From Octopus sinensis (Eukaryota), in the NCBI RefSeq assembly GCF_006345805.1, contig NC_043011.1, forward strand, positions 64,988,464 through 65,052,463: a DNA stretch of 64,000 nucleotides, in the 5' to 3' direction. A program made the translations under genes and the position numbers. The notes below the pieces were generated by a model. That model made no database searches and was not told the origin of the DNA. It saw only the letters and a program-made list of their open reading frames with translations. This document shows, piece after piece, positions 26,418 through 41,949 of this stretch. Numbering within the stretch: the first letter of the stretch is position 1; every line of letters begins with the position of its first letter.

Positions 26418-29400
26418 AGGATAAGATGGAAGATTTTCCACCACGAAAACAGTGATAGCAAAATAAACCAAGAATGTAGGAACGAGGCCACCCGCAATGG
26501 TACACGAAATACCTATGAGGAAATAATCAAACTAACTGGCCACACATTTAAATCTAGGAAATGTCCACCACCAAATAAACACCTGGATAACTTTGAACAG
26601 GAATTATGGGACACCATCAAGAATATACAATTTAAAAACCACCCATTGAGGAATAAGCCGCACCAGAGGTGGTTAAAGGAACCAATATGAACTCTTAAGG
26701 GTAAGGATGGTATTTTAACCCATTCTGATAAAACTAGTAACATTTATAATATTGACATCCTCACATACCATGAACTATTGCATAAAGAAATTACAAAGAA
26801 GTATAAAACTGTACCTTTCAATACACTTAGGAAACTAAACTTAAAGATAAGAGATATAATGTTTGATTATTATCTGGAAGATAAGACCGAATCTTATACC
26901 CCCATGAGACCGAGAATTACACTTAAAGACCATAAACAAAACTTCCTTGGTAACACTCAGGTCAGACTGATTTGCCCTACCAAGTCAGACTTAGGTAAAT
27001 TGAGTAAACATATTCTAGACAAATACTTACCAACTATACGTAACAAGATTAAACTCAGCCTATGGAAAAACACCCAGGGTGCATTGGATTGGTTCTCTAC
27101 AATTCCGGTTAGTGATAGCAGTAGCAATAAATTGCTAGGAAACATACCAACTTAAGTATGGGGGGAGATAAAGGTTATCTTAGCAGCTAGAAACATTAAT
27201 AGAGTTTGATAACAAACTATAGGCTAGAAAAGACACACCCAATTTATTTGACATGACCATGGGCTCGCCGGATTCAGCGGAAGTGACGGATCTAGTGAGG
27301 ATGTATCTACTTGATAACCTTAATAGGGAATTCCCTGAATTAAAGGGTGGACTATATAGAGACGATGCTTTATTTCTAGTCAGAAACACATCTAATAGGA
27401 GGCTAGAATTACTGAAAAGACGACTACATAAATTTTTTAAAAGTTTTGGCTTATCCATAGTTATTGAAAATGAAAACTACTCTGCTAATTATTTAGATGT
27501 CAATTGCAACCTTACTAATGGAATACATGAACCGTATATTAAACCTAATTCTAACTTAGTATATATAAACCACTCTAGCAATCATCCCCCTCAAATTAAA
27601 AAGTCACTGACTCGAAGTATTAGTCAGAGAATCTCTTATCTATCCTCAAACGAGGACATATTTAATAAGCATTGTGAAAAATACAACACGGCATTGCTGA
27701 AGGCAGGCTACAAAAATAGAATTTGGTATAAACCCAATAATAATCCTTCGAACACAGGTGGAACTATTAGGAGTAGGGATATTAACAATAGGCATAATAA
27801 CATTGATAATATTTATGGTAATAATGGAGTTCATCTAAACAATAATAATAATAGGAATAAGAATAACAATAAAGTCACTGATAAAACCAATCTAAAGGGG
27901 AATTCTAGGCATTATATTGACAATACTAAAGGTAGAAAGCATATGGGTTGGAAGAATAATAGAGTTGTTCCCAAGAATAACAACTTGAGGAGTAATCCAC
28001 ATAGTGATGACGATACACTATGGCTAATAATACCATATGCAATGCAGATTAAAACGGATATAGTCAGAACTATACATACAGTAATATATAGACTATTTAC
28101 TAAGGGTAAGAATAAATTTAGCCAAATAATTAACAATAGAACTATTAGAATAGGATATAGTATCACGAATAATCTAGCCACCATCATCTCCTCCTTCAAC
28201 AACAAGAAATTGGATTGCTTCTATAATGATAGAAAGATAAATATGGGTAGTAGTGAAAATAAGTGCAATTATATCAACAAAAATATGGCTACGGAGATTT
28301 CTGCCAGGGTTAAATCTCCTCAATCTGTTAATGGCTGCAATTGCAGAAGCAAGAATCAATGTGTGTTTGGTAATAAATGCTTGTGGAGAGAGGTGGTTTA
28401 CCAATGCACTGAAAATACACAATATAATAGTAGGGTGTACATTGGTGCGACTAAAAATAGTATAAAACAACGGCTAAACTATCATAGATATACTTTTAAA
28501 AATAAAAATAGGATGAACTCTACGGGGTTATGTACGTATATCTGGGAACTCAAGAGTAAGAACAAGATTTAAAATTAGATTGGGAAATACTAACATCTGC
28601 ACCTGTATACAATAGTAGAAATAAAAAATGCTCTTTATGTATCAATGAAATTTTCTTCATCATCAAAGCCAGCCAACCCATTATTAACAGCATTAATGAG
28701 CCAAATTTTTTTTTGCCTTCACAAATTGGCGTTCACTTTCTCTAGATTTAAATAGCATCTAATTCTGCTACCAGTAACTTTTTAGCATTCATGTATATAG
28801 GACTGTACTATTGGTCCTTACAATTTATAATTTATAACTTTTGTGTCTCCATGTATGTGTTCTACATTAATTGTTTCTGTCCCGACTGAAAAAATATACA
28901 AAAATATATAGTTATTCTGATAAATGCATGATATTCGGAACCCCACAGAGTCTTTTATAGATGTAAGATGTATATGCGCATCATATCTTAGAGCACTAGT
29001 TTGAGTTTTTACTATACCAATATGTAATATTTAAGAGTCTATAATTACTATAAGTCGTTTATCTCGATGAGCATATAAGGTGGGCTTTTTTTAAGGTTGG
29101 TTTGTTGGTGGTTGTGCGATTTCTGCGGCACAGGCGTAGACCCAGGTGGCGCTGCACCGGAGCATGTGCGCCAGCGTACGCGTGGGCGTCCGCGTACGCG
29201 TTGCGCGGGCGCGTCCGTGCATGTGCATTAACGTGTGCACCCTCGCGCGCTGTGCTTGCGGACATTCGCATGTATTTGCACGCGTGTTCTTGTGTGTATC
29301 TTGGTGATTGTGTGTGCGAGAGGGACGTGTGCGTGTGTGCCCGACCATGAACTCGTGTGTCCGTGTGAGGGCGTGCATGTACATGTATGTGCATGTGAGT

Positions 29401-29494
29401 GCATTCCGGCGTATCCACTTATACTTACTATATTAGGTTTATCTTTGTGCCCTCCTTAATTTGAATTCCATTTAATTTATCTATTTATCTATGC

Positions 29495-29533
<39 letters not shown>

Positions 29534-31060
29534 TATTTATTTATTTAATTATTTTTTGTATATTTGGCACTTACTAATCTATAATTAATAAACTATTCTA
29601 AATTAATAGTAACTTCTGTAGGTGTGTGAAAATGTGTATGTGTACGTATGTATGATTTTGTACATATAGGTATGATCGTGGGTGTATGTACGATGTATGT
29701 TTTTATTACACATATGAGCACGCAGGTGCGTAGTTGGATGTGTATATATGTACATGCGAATATTCATTCATGGGTAGATATAAATATGGGTTTTATTTGT
29801 ACGTATGAGTGCGCAGATATATATTTAAATATATATATATATGTGTGTCCGAAAGTTCCCTGACACAGTATAGGAAAGTGTATTAATATTTATGCGTATA
29901 TGCGGATGTGCGTGTGAGTGTGTGCGTTAGGGTTAGACACGGCTGCCTATACTGATATGTCTATAAACCATGCGATGACATGCACACTGCAATTTATTGT
30001 AGAGATGTGTCGGGGTGTATTCATGTGTGTGTACATGTGTGTGTGAGTTTCTGTGTGGATGGGTGTGTTTACGGTTAGATGTGGATGTGTATGTTTTGCT
30101 TGTACGGTGTGGTGGAGGTCGGGCGGTTCTCAATTGACCAACCGTGAGGAAGATAATGATAATTTTAAATTCAAATCCAATAGTGTATTTGTGTCATAAG
30201 GAAAATTATTAACTGGAACACGGACACACATATATTACGCTCTGGATCATAATGTAAGAGTTATTAATAACATTATGAATGATAATAATGATAACATTAA
30301 TTGTATTGACTACGAAAATGATGCTAACTTTAATGACACTTTAGAAATTATTATGAAGTAATATAATGTACTATTGACTATGTATATTTGCATCTAGGTA
30401 CTAATTTGTGTATGTTTATTATCACAATATTAAGTCGAAAAACTGAGACATTGAGTGTGGAACACATATATATGTTTACTAATTTATATTATTTATTTAT
30501 ATCATTATGTAAATGTATATTTTTATATGTATAAGAGTGTGAGTATATGCACTCATATGTATATGTATATGTTGTATTGTGGGTACGCACCCACACCCAT
30601 GTGGGTATAAATGTAGACTGATATATATTACATAATCTCCGAAGAGGCCTTATGATATTTTTGTAAATGTCTCATTTATATCTATATATTGACCAACCAT
30701 AAAGGGCTAATATTGGTAAAATGAGACATACTTATCTACATGGCCGAAACAGCTGTAAGATGTAATCTATACTTATATTTATATTTAATTATATTTATAT
30801 TCTCTTTTATATATATTCTACTTATTATAGAACATTACTCTTTTATGTACACTTTTTTATGTACATTCCTTTATGTACCCTGATTTGTTCTGCTTTTTAT
30901 ATTTAACCCTACAGTCTCTTATGTGGTGGTTTAATAAAGTATGTGATTGAGTATTATCTGGGAATTGATATTTGATTTAGATGTATTTCTCCATTTTCTT
31001 ATCTTGTATTAGTAATTTGTGGTAAACCATTTTACCTTTGCCCATATAATACAGTAAATG
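26418..31060 (+). mobile_element. Decayed Penelope-like retroelement (RT plus GIY-YIG, 26418-28750) with long 3' region and pseudo-LTR
   Basis: MGSPDSAEVTDL, GLYRDD, SNHPP, CNCRSK..C, VVYQC...YIGAT; multiple stops and deletions; right boundary approximate. Confidence 0.85.
30627..30766 (+). ncRNA. Minimal type I hammerhead-like motif with long stem-II insertion in the Penelope 3' region
   Basis: atct-CCGAAGA-GGCC[about 90 nt]GGCC-GAAA-CAGCTG-TA-agat; palindromic stem III. Confidence 0.6.
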
Positions 31061-31065
31061 AATTG

Positions 31066-31117
<52 letters not shown>

Positions 31118-31567
31118 GGTAGAGATATAGGTATACACACAATATTCTATGTATGCATATGTGTGTGCGTCATGCGGAATTTATGAGTTTGTTAACTTAG
31201 TTACAGTTTCAAACGTTTAACATAATAATTATAGATATGACAGTATTCTTTTTATTTCTCGTATTGTATATTTTGGTCATCGGGTCACGTTATATACTCT
31301 GCGGATAAAAAATAGAAATACGCACGGTATCCTCTAAATACGTGCGTATATCTAAATATATACAAGTATATATAGAAATACAGATAAAGAGAAAGCTAGA
31401 TAAGCATATAGGTATACGAATATTTTTCTATATAGGCAAATATTTATATATGTATGTATATATACATACATATATATGTATATGTATATATGTATATGTA
31501 TATGTATGTACCGTTGCCGATTTATTTTTCCTCTGTCTTCCCCTCTATGGATCTTTCCATCTCGTAT

Positions 31568-31602
31568 GTTTCCGACGAAGAGCTCCGCTCGAAACGTTAA
31601 AC
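31568..31602 (+). ncRNA. Minimal hammerhead-like motif; identical copy at 44419-44453 (-)
   Basis: gttt-CCGACGA-A-GAGC tcc GCTC-GAAA-CG-TT-aaac. Confidence 0.55.
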
Positions 31603-31622
31603 CCTCCTTCTTTCCTTTATTA

Positions 31623-32108
<486 letters not shown>

Positions 32109-32477
32109 ATATATATACTATATAATTAGGGTTCATCAACAATTAGCTTCACCACACACCGAAGCTTTAGAAATAGCAGTCAAAATCCTGAAAGAATAGC
32201 TAGGATTTTGATTCTATATTTCTAAAACTTCGGTGTGTGGTGAACATTATTATATAGTATTACTTAAAATTACCATAAAATGGTCTTTTTCATGCCGAAA
32301 TTCTACTTGTTGAAATTACTAATTACTTCTTAATTAATTAATTTCACCATTTTTATTACTGATAATGGTATATATATAAATAGAGGAGTGTATTTTTACC
32401 TTGCTAACAATTAACAGGGAAAAAAAATAAATACAGTACCAGGGCAGCAAAAATCTGCGTTAACTCCATTTTTTTTA

Positions 32478-32514
<37 letters not shown>

Positions 32515-32518
<4 letters not shown>

Positions 32519-34301
32519 ATGATGCAAATGATTTAGCGGCACATATGTTTCTGCCTTTTATTAGACGCTTATATTAATGCATAATTGATGTAATTTGTAT
32601 GTCAATAGCCTTTTCAGCCGCCTACAATTACTACTCCAAGGACATGTATTACATTATAAGTTTGGGAAAAAGACGATTTACGTTGGGGATGCAAATCCTC
32701 ATAGTCGTGTACAACAGAGCGAGACACCAAAACAAAAACGAAGCGTCCATCCCGCTTTTCACTCGATGTAGAATGAGGAGATTGGATGTTGAGATAGAGA
32801 GGGAAGGAATTGGGGAAGAATCTTTAATGAGTTAGGGATCACAATGGGCGAGAGTTGTAGGTGCCAAATGTAGTAAAATTTAAAAAGTTAAAAAAGATTA
32901 AAAAGTTAAAAAATATAAAACATAAGAATATAAAAACGTATATAAGTATATAAATATATAAATATAGAATGGTTGTATACTCTCAATCTAACGTGAACGT
33001 GACAGTAGGGGGTTACACAACTGCTGTTTAGCCCTAGGAAGCATCTACGCCTCCTGTTGGCTTGGACACTTTTTTCCTGTGTCCTTATATACATTTACGA
33101 AGGGGAGACAAACACCCCCAGCAGCCAGACCTGCATCTGTTTGTCTCCCCTTCGTAAATGTATTTAAGAACACAGGAAAAAAGTGTCCAAGCCAGCACGA
33201 AGCGTCGATGCTTCCTAGGGCTAAACAGCAGTTGTGTAACCCCCAACTGTCACGTTCACGTTAGATTGAGAGTATACAACCCTTCTATCGCCCCACCACC
33301 GTACATATCTCTATGAGATATTTAGAAATTTAATATTTCTGATATATAAATATATAAATACACAAAGACGTGAATAAAAAATGGGAATATAAATAAATAG
33401 AGATGAAAGATAAAGAAGCGATGAGTAAAGACGAAAAATATAAGGATAAAAAATATAAATGGATAAATAAATATAAAGGGATAAAGAAATATAAAGAGGT
33501 GGATGGAAAATAACATAAGGTACGAAAAGTCATATTCCGGTTGTTGAAGCTTAATGCGGGTGTCATAAGTTAACTTAATTGTCTGGAGACCAAGTTGGTG
33601 GTCAATATAGGTTGTCTGGTTTGCGGTTAAATAGGTTATCTACTTTCTCGTAAATTGTCTGTGTTACTAACGGTCAACATGTACACACGTACACGCATGC
33701 AAACATATACACATCCACACGTATATATACATACATATTCTCGTGTAAAAGTACCGACAGGGATACGCATATACATACGTCCGGCTACGTACAGATTCCT
33801 AAACTCGAACAAACTAAATACATAAAAGCATATACACTTACACGCCTCCGCAGACGCACTCGTATACATACAAATACATACTCACACGTACATATATCAA
33901 GCCCGCACATCTACACACTTATATACGCATATGCGTACATACATAAATTTCTCAATATACACATACATATGGAAAAAAGCGCATGTAGATGGGTACAAGA
34001 ACCCACGCGCATACGTATGCATACACATACACGTACATACACACATACACACACCCACACTCACGCACACACTCACACACATGAGGAAGTAAATCCCTAT
34101 GCATATACACCAAAATATACATACATGCATTTGCATAGAAACAGGTATATTCATTCGCATGCCTACGCCCGTGCAGGCGCGCCTCCATGCACTCGGACAA
34201 GGAGGAATTAGAAATGCGCATACAAGTATACATACGCATACACATATAACTACACACACACACGTACAAGCGGAAATACCTACACACGTATAAGTACACG
34301 T

Positions 34302-34340
<39 letters not shown>

Positions 34341-35497
34341 AACGAATTCATATGCGTACCTGCGTACACACCTATACAAACGTGTATATACGCCCACCAC
34401 TACCCGCACACACATGGACATACTGACATGCACATATATGCTTGTGCTCGCATCTACACGTACGTGCGCTAAAGTGTGTGCGCCTTCACAGGCATATACT
34501 ACCGTGCGGGGGTACGTGTAACGCATGAAGTATACAGGTCTCCTCACCTATGCGTCCAAAGATTCATTCCTGCACACACGCAAAAGGAACCTACGTATTC
34601 TAAATGTCTGTCTCCGAGTGGTGTGACGGTTGCAAACCATTGTAAATACATTATAAGTGAGTAATTAGTAAGTTATAGAGGCGTACGGTTAAATCAGAAA
34701 AGAAAGACAAGAAGATAAACTAGAAAAACTATTTAGCCGCAAACCAGACAACCTATATTGACCACCAACTTGGTCTCCAGATAATTAAGTAAATTTATGA
34801 CACCCACCTTAAGCTTCAACAACCGGAATATGTCTTTTCTGTACCTTACGTTATTTTCCATCCACCTCTTTATATTTCTTTATCCCTTTATATTTTTTTA
34901 TCCCTTTATATATTTTTTACTTTTATTTTATATCCTTCTTTTTTCGTCTTTACTTTTTGCTTCTTTATCTTTATCTCTATTTATTTATATTCCCATTTTT
35001 TTTCACGTCTTTGTGTATTTATATATTTATATATGTATATATTTATATATTTATATATTTATATTTTTAAATACTTATATACATTTTTTATATTCTTCTG
35101 ATTTATATATTTTTTTTTATTTCTTACTCTTTTTTAACTTTTTACATTTTAGTACATTTGGCACCTACTACTCTCACCCTTTGTGATCCCTAACACATTA
35201 AAGATTCACCCCCAACACCTTCCCTCTCTATCTCAACATCCAATCTCCTCATTCTACATCGAGTTAAAAACGGGATGGACGCTTTGACATTGTTTTAGTG
35301 TCTCGCCCTGTCGTACATGACTATGAGGATTTGCATCAACAACGTAAAACGTATAAGGTAATACATGTCCTTGAAGTAGTAATTGTACGCGGCTGAAGAA
35401 GGCTATTGGCACACATTTACATCAATTATGCATTGTTATAAACCGTCTAATAAAGGCCCGAATCATATGTACCGCTAAATCCTTTGCAACATGTTTT
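32515..35497. mobile_element. About 3-kb fold-back element with long inverted arms (32515-33634 versus 34729-35497), Penelope pseudo-LTR-like, with a nested hairpin at 32964-33288
   Basis: Arms are diverged reverse complements; hammerhead remnants at both outer ends. Confidence 0.75.
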
Positions 35498-35576
35498 TAT
35501 TATGATAAATATACTCTATCAACTACACCACTAAATGGCATATACAGGTGCCTATAATTATAAAGTATTCACCCTG

Positions 35577-35678
<102 letters not shown>

Positions 35679-35756
35679 TTTATTTTAAGCAGCAGAAAAT
35701 TCAACAAAATCTGTTACTCTGAGATTCTCGTTGCCGTTCATCAGACAGTTTTTAAC

Positions 35757-35804
35757 AAAAACTGTCTGATGAACGGCAACGAGAAACTCAGAGTAACAGA
35801 TTTT
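35757..35804 (+). ncRNA. Minimal hammerhead-like motif in a near-perfect hairpin (about 35680-35831)
   Basis: aaaactgt-CTGATGA-A-CG gcaa CG-A-GAAA-CTCAGAG-TA-acagatttt; the opposite arm carries GAAT. Confidence 0.6.
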
Positions 35805-35901
35805 GTTGAATTTTCTGCTGCTTAAAATAAAGCATATTACTCTACCACTGGTATTTGAGTACTCTTTTTTCCAATTTGTTTCACATTTATGTGTTTACTC
35901 C

Positions 35902-35980
<79 letters not shown>

Positions 35981-36208
35981 TGGGACCAATGCGTTAATAA
36001 CGGATTTTTTAGAAATTTCTATCGGTTTGTTTCAAGAGGCATAAATTGTAATGGTTATTGACAATATTTGTCTTTTTTACGGCATATTTGGCATTAGAAT
36101 TTTTCTTTTGCCCATATTTTGTAAATAAGTTATAAATTTAACCTTTAAAGGTATTTTTTGATACGCTGGCCATTGATAAATCTTTTTTATCGAAAATAAT
36201 ATCCTACA

Positions 36209-36256
<48 letters not shown>

Positions 36257-36840
36257 AACGTACGATAAAAATTTTTTGAAAAGAATATTTTTTTCTCGAA
36301 AATGTTATCAATTGCCAGCATATTAAAAAATACCTTTCAAGGTTAAATTTATAAATTTAACCTTTAAAGGTATTTTTAATATGCTGGCCATTGCTAAAAT
36401 TTTTTTCTAAAATAAATTCTGTTCGAAAAATAAGTTATCCTACATTAGATATAAATTTAAACGTTCACTTCCGTACTCTCTCACTCTGTGAGGACCTCAG
36501 TTCAAATTGCACGTGTCTCGAATGGTCTGGATTATTTCTATTTTGGATGCATTTGGGGGTACTTAATTGTGCTCATGACTTAGTGTTTCCTTCTTCCATG
36601 GGTATGAGTCATTATTTCATTTATTTCTTTTGCCACATGTATCACAGACGGAGGGAGGGCTGTTATGAGTTAACCTTGAAATCGGTCCGATATGGTAATA
36701 ATCAAATTTTTTAGAAATTTCTGTCGACCTTTTTTCGAGTAGTGTGCGTATTGTGAAAAAATTATATGGTTAATGGACAATATGTCCAATTTTTCGGTAT
36801 AGTTGGCATTAGAATTTTTTTCGTTTGCCCTTATTTATAA

Positions 36841-36936
<96 letters not shown>

Positions 36937-36951
36937 TATGTTTATATATAG

Positions 36952-37000
<49 letters not shown>

Positions 37001-37016
37001 ACTATATATAAACATA

Positions 37017-37062
<46 letters not shown>

Positions 37063-37126
37063 TATATATATATATATATATACAATTCATAAATAAGGGC
37101 AAACGAAAAAAATATGTATATATACT

Positions 37127-37209
<83 letters not shown>

Positions 37210-37849
37210 TAATATTTGTCTACCAGTTACTATCGTTCTAAATACATACTACCGAACCAACATTCATGAATTTTGAATGCGTGTTAAACGAACATTTTGT
37301 TCAACTATAGGCTAATGGGATTTACAGAAAAAATCGCTAATGAGTTGTTATATGATAAAATGAGAAGGTGCAAAGAGTCTTTGTTTGAGGGAAATGCGAT
37401 GGCATAATACGTGAGGCAGATATGAAGGAAGGTGAAGAGACAGGAAAAGATAGTGATAGGGTATGTTAGAGACAGAAGGGGAGAACGATAGACAGGTAGA
37501 GTGTGAGAGAGCGAAAATGTGTTTAGTGTGGGGAACAGCGAATTTTGATATTTAGGTACTTTCAAAACTCAAGTTTCAATAATTTTTCACCATCATTTAA
37601 CGCATTATTAACGATCACATGGTTTGTCAAAACTTTTGCAGTCTGTGCAACAACAGATGTAAAACTAACAAGTGTAAATTAAAGAGTGTTTCTATTGTTT
37701 TAACATCGCAGTATTATGATTTATTAAAACTTTACCTACTTACTAAAACAATAAAGTAATAAAACATTTTGTTCCATAGCTAAAACTGTGTTAGTCTTAA
37801 CACATCTATATATAAATTTTTGGATGTAGTTTTAATCCGCGTGAAAAAA

Positions 37850-39430
37850 TTCAGAAATTAAGAATCTGGGATTATTTGCTTGTAAAGTTTAATTTTTCTT
37901 AAAGAAACACTCAATGTCCCATTCCGCCACCTTGCCCACCCATCACTTTTCCGCTTTCAAAAAGCTAAGAACTCCTCATGAGTCACTAATGGGCTTAATC
38001 TTACGCTAGAAGTGAAACATACAGAGAGTTTAGCATATTGAATATTGGGAGGTAATAGGTGGAGGTTGAAGAAGGGGATTTGAGTAAGCATTTCCCAAAC
38101 AAATTATCTTAGATTTCGATACATTAACGATTAAAGATTTGGAGTGGAGTGTGTGAAATTTTGCAAGCTTATAATTTGGTCAAAATCCTAATTTCGTATA
38201 TCGGAAACGTAGGAATCGTAAAAATCTTTGGAAAAATATATACAGTGAGGGACAGATGTCACCTCTAACAAGCTAGAAATAACAGCATAATGACACGATT
38301 TTTGAAAAGATTTCCTCCTTCCGTTTTTTATCGAAATTCAGCGTTTTAAAGATGCTCATAAAAAATACGAATTATAATATGGAAAAGATCGATATGGTTG
38401 TGATCGGAAACGTACTAAAGTCCTTCATAACTTTCTTATATTTAAGTATTTTCACAAAATGTCTTCGTTGCTGTCTACTGCAAGATAGGATTAATACGAT
38501 TATCCAATATCTTTTTTATATTCCCCTAAAACCTCCAACCCCAGCTCTTTCCCCTAATTCCGAAACTTTCCACCGTTTTCATTTTTTTCTAATGTTTTTC
38601 TTTTAAAATACGAACATTCTGATTCTGTCATTCGTTTCTCTTTATAATTGTTTCACTACTTCGAAATCGAAATTGCTACGTGATTTTGTAAGAGAAATCA
38701 TTTAACAGAAAATTATGTTATTAAAATATATTATCTCTGATATACTTTTAAATTGTTGCGAGAACAACACTTACTAACAGAGAATTATGCCAGGTAAATA
38801 AATTATCTTTAACATACATTTTAATTATTGTCGCTAAAATATTAAAAATTGAAAATTTGCCCATGAAGTATGCAATCCGTTTCAATTTGATTGTGATCTT
38901 GCAAGGGGTCATTCTTTTTTCTAAAAAAAAAAAAAAGGCGGGGGTCTGGTTTGTTAGAAATGAAGAGAGAGTGAATATTGTTGCATTCTTCCGATTTTAT
39001 TGGCAAAGCCAGAAAGACTGCAAGTGGTAACAATTTTAGAGATAATTTATTTTAATAACACTATTTTCTTGCACAAACACGCAAGGCTCGATAGTGGAAG
39101 GATTTGGAATTAGGGGTAACAGTGTGGGGTGTAAAACTCTTTTTTATTATTGTATACCGTATGAATTCCATTGTGGAACGTAAGAAGTAAGAAAATCTAA
39201 AAACTGTGGTAAGGTTTCTAATTAAGGGTGTAGGGGGAATATTTAAACAGAATATTTTAAATGGATAATCGTATTACTTCCATTATGCAAAAAGACAGAT
39301 TCGAAAATACAAATTGTGTAAATACTTAACCTCATAAGCGTGGTCATTTCAATTGAATTTGAGCTGTAAAATTGCGCGTGTACACAGAAAGAAGTAGCAT
39401 GTTTCGAACTGAAGTTTTACATAGAGTGTA
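37850..39430. repeat. Non-autonomous repeat with internal inverted segments (about 38440-38535 versus 39225-39330); homologous to about 14900-15480
   Basis: Visible similarity between the two loci and internal reverse complementarity. Confidence 0.5.
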
Positions 39431-39598
39431 CGTGAGTGCGTGTGTATGTGTGCAAAAGAAACTGTTTTTACATACATTTCTTAATTATAGAACAAGATCT
39501 TGAACAATACCTTCAAAATAGGTACACACATACATACATACATACATACGTACATACATGTATACATACATACATACATGTATACATACATACATACA

Positions 39599-39630
<32 letters not shown>

Positions 39631-40479
39631 CATACATACATCATCATCATTGTTCGACCGTGGACGAGACGATGGAATTTACTATGTTACGCCAAATATC
39701 ACGGTCCATCATAACATTACGGGGGTCCTGTTGCTGGATGCGTGTATCCCTGTAGATTACATCAGGGTAGGAGAGTGTGCACCCTCTCGTATCGCGAGCA
39801 GATGGGTTCTAAAGGAGAAGAGTAGAAATTACCTCGTTTTCAGCTCTACAACAATGTCCAGCAAAATGGACTCTTCTACCTTTCACAAGAGACGATACAG
39901 GTGGTATATATATATATATACATATAGTATTAAATAAGTTATAACTGATAGCAAAGCGAGCATAAAATGAAATTCAATCCAGGTATTGGTTACAGATCGA
40001 TCAAATTAGTAAAGTTTAAATAGTTTTGTGACAGCATAGTGTCTCAATACATTCTAAGGAAAAAATGTCACTTGTGTAGGGCCAGTGACATTTGAGTATA
40101 TCTGGGCCTAAACATACCAGAAAAAGCACCAGAAAAAATTAAGTGGAAATATAGAACATTTCTTAAAGCAAAATCCTGTCTTGTATAGAAGATGTCGGAA
40201 TCCGATGACATTTTGGGAAAAAATGGTGGTAGCACAAATGTAAAATTTAATTTCTCTTTCAAAGAAAGATTGATATGTTCATATTTGTTTTTTGCTCCGT
40301 CTAGTGGTAAAACCGCTAAGAAATATATAAAATGTGTACATACACACATATATATGTCTCTCTGTGTGTATGTATAGCTATATAAATATACATGTATATT
40401 TGTATATTTATGTATACATGTATGTATATGTATATATATTTAATAGATATTATCCGAAGTGTACAGTATTATATGTCCA

Positions 40480-41510
40480 TCACGGCCGATCACACCAATG
40501 TTTTGCGTAGCGGAAGAATACGTTTATATGACTATTAGTTACCAATCTGATTATATAACCGTATGCTCATTAGCGTAGCTTAAATGGAATGAAATGTTGC
40601 GGCTGATCTCTATTGTAGGCAGTAAACCGACACACCTAGTTTTTTAAACTTCCTTACTCACATTCTTCCATTGCACATTCAACAGGCACACTGGAAGTCA
40701 ACACGACCATAGCCAAAACAGAGAAAAAAACACGCCAATGAATAAAATTATATAAGCCTGCACACACCTCAAAATGTATACACATAGAGAATTTCCGCAA
40801 GAACACCAAAGTGTAAGACGTAGACATTTCGTCTAAATAACTTCAAGGTAGCTCTTAACAACCTAGTGAAATTATCCCCTAATCGTCTTTTCACAGTAGC
40901 CACATAGGCTTGCGTCCATTCATCGCCAACAATAGAGAACAATCGCCATATTCGCACGCACGCACGCACCCGCTAACACGCGTGCCAAAGCATATTGCAA
41001 TAGGTCTTCCGCGTCTTGCAAAATCTTAATTTGCTTAACTCTTTCTCCTTCGCTCCTTGCTTCTTTTGACTGCTATTAACTCTCGACATTAAATCCCTGT
41101 ACACGGTGACCCCACACAGTCTAGGCATTCTTGCATTAAAACACTTGTTTGTCCTTCGGCCTGACACCCCAAAACATATTCCGAACTTGTACTCTCCACC
41201 AACTGCTTCTCCTTCGATGGAAGGTTTTACCACCATGTCCCGGCAACGATATGCGAACGAGAATGAGCCACAAATATGCGAAACAATGCTTTGACTATGT
41301 TCAGGCCCAGATATACTCAAATTTCACTGGCCCTACACAAGTGACATTGGGTCGTTATAATGACGATATTATCGGAGTGACCTCGCTCTCTCACGAACAG
41401 ATTGACTCCTTATTTTCATTTGTCCATTCCTTTCATCTTCCTCTCAAATTCTCCTGCTCTTTCTCTAGAACCCCCGTTGACTTTCTCTACATTTCTGTCA
41501 GGATACATAC
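40480..41510 (+). mobile_element. Penelope-like RT remnant
   Basis: RYNDDIIGV...FVHSFHLPLKFS...VDFL.ISV; partial inverted copy at about 40068-40130. Confidence 0.65.
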
Positions 41511-41522
41511 AAGAGCACCAAC

Positions 41523-41600
<78 letters not shown>

Positions 41601-41709
41601 GTGTGGGTGTGTGTGTGTGGGTGTGTGTATGTGTGTGGGTGTGTGTGAATTTGTGTACGAGTGTGTTTGGAAAAGATGGGGAGATAAAGACTGATACACA
41701 TAGAGAAAA

Positions 41710-41764
<55 letters not shown>

Positions 41765-41909
41765 CATTATCTGTTTATAGTAAGAAAATTATTTAGTTAT
41801 ACAATGAATAAATTCTAACTAAAACCACATATCTAGCATTTAGACTGATTGTTGTACTATATAAACATTATTGCCTATTTTATTAGAATGGAAAATTTCA
41901 GATACTTAC

Positions 41910-41949
41910 CAGATACAAGAACTAAAAGGCACAAAAAGATCCTCATCAT
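41910..41949 (-). CDS. Six-Cys family unit B, signal-peptide exon 1 (MMRIFLCLLVLVS-G)
   Basis: ATG ATG ... TCT G|GTAAGT, phase 1; flanks homologous to the unit A exon-1 blocks; pairing with exon 2 across a 15.8-kb intron is inferred. Confidence 0.75.
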
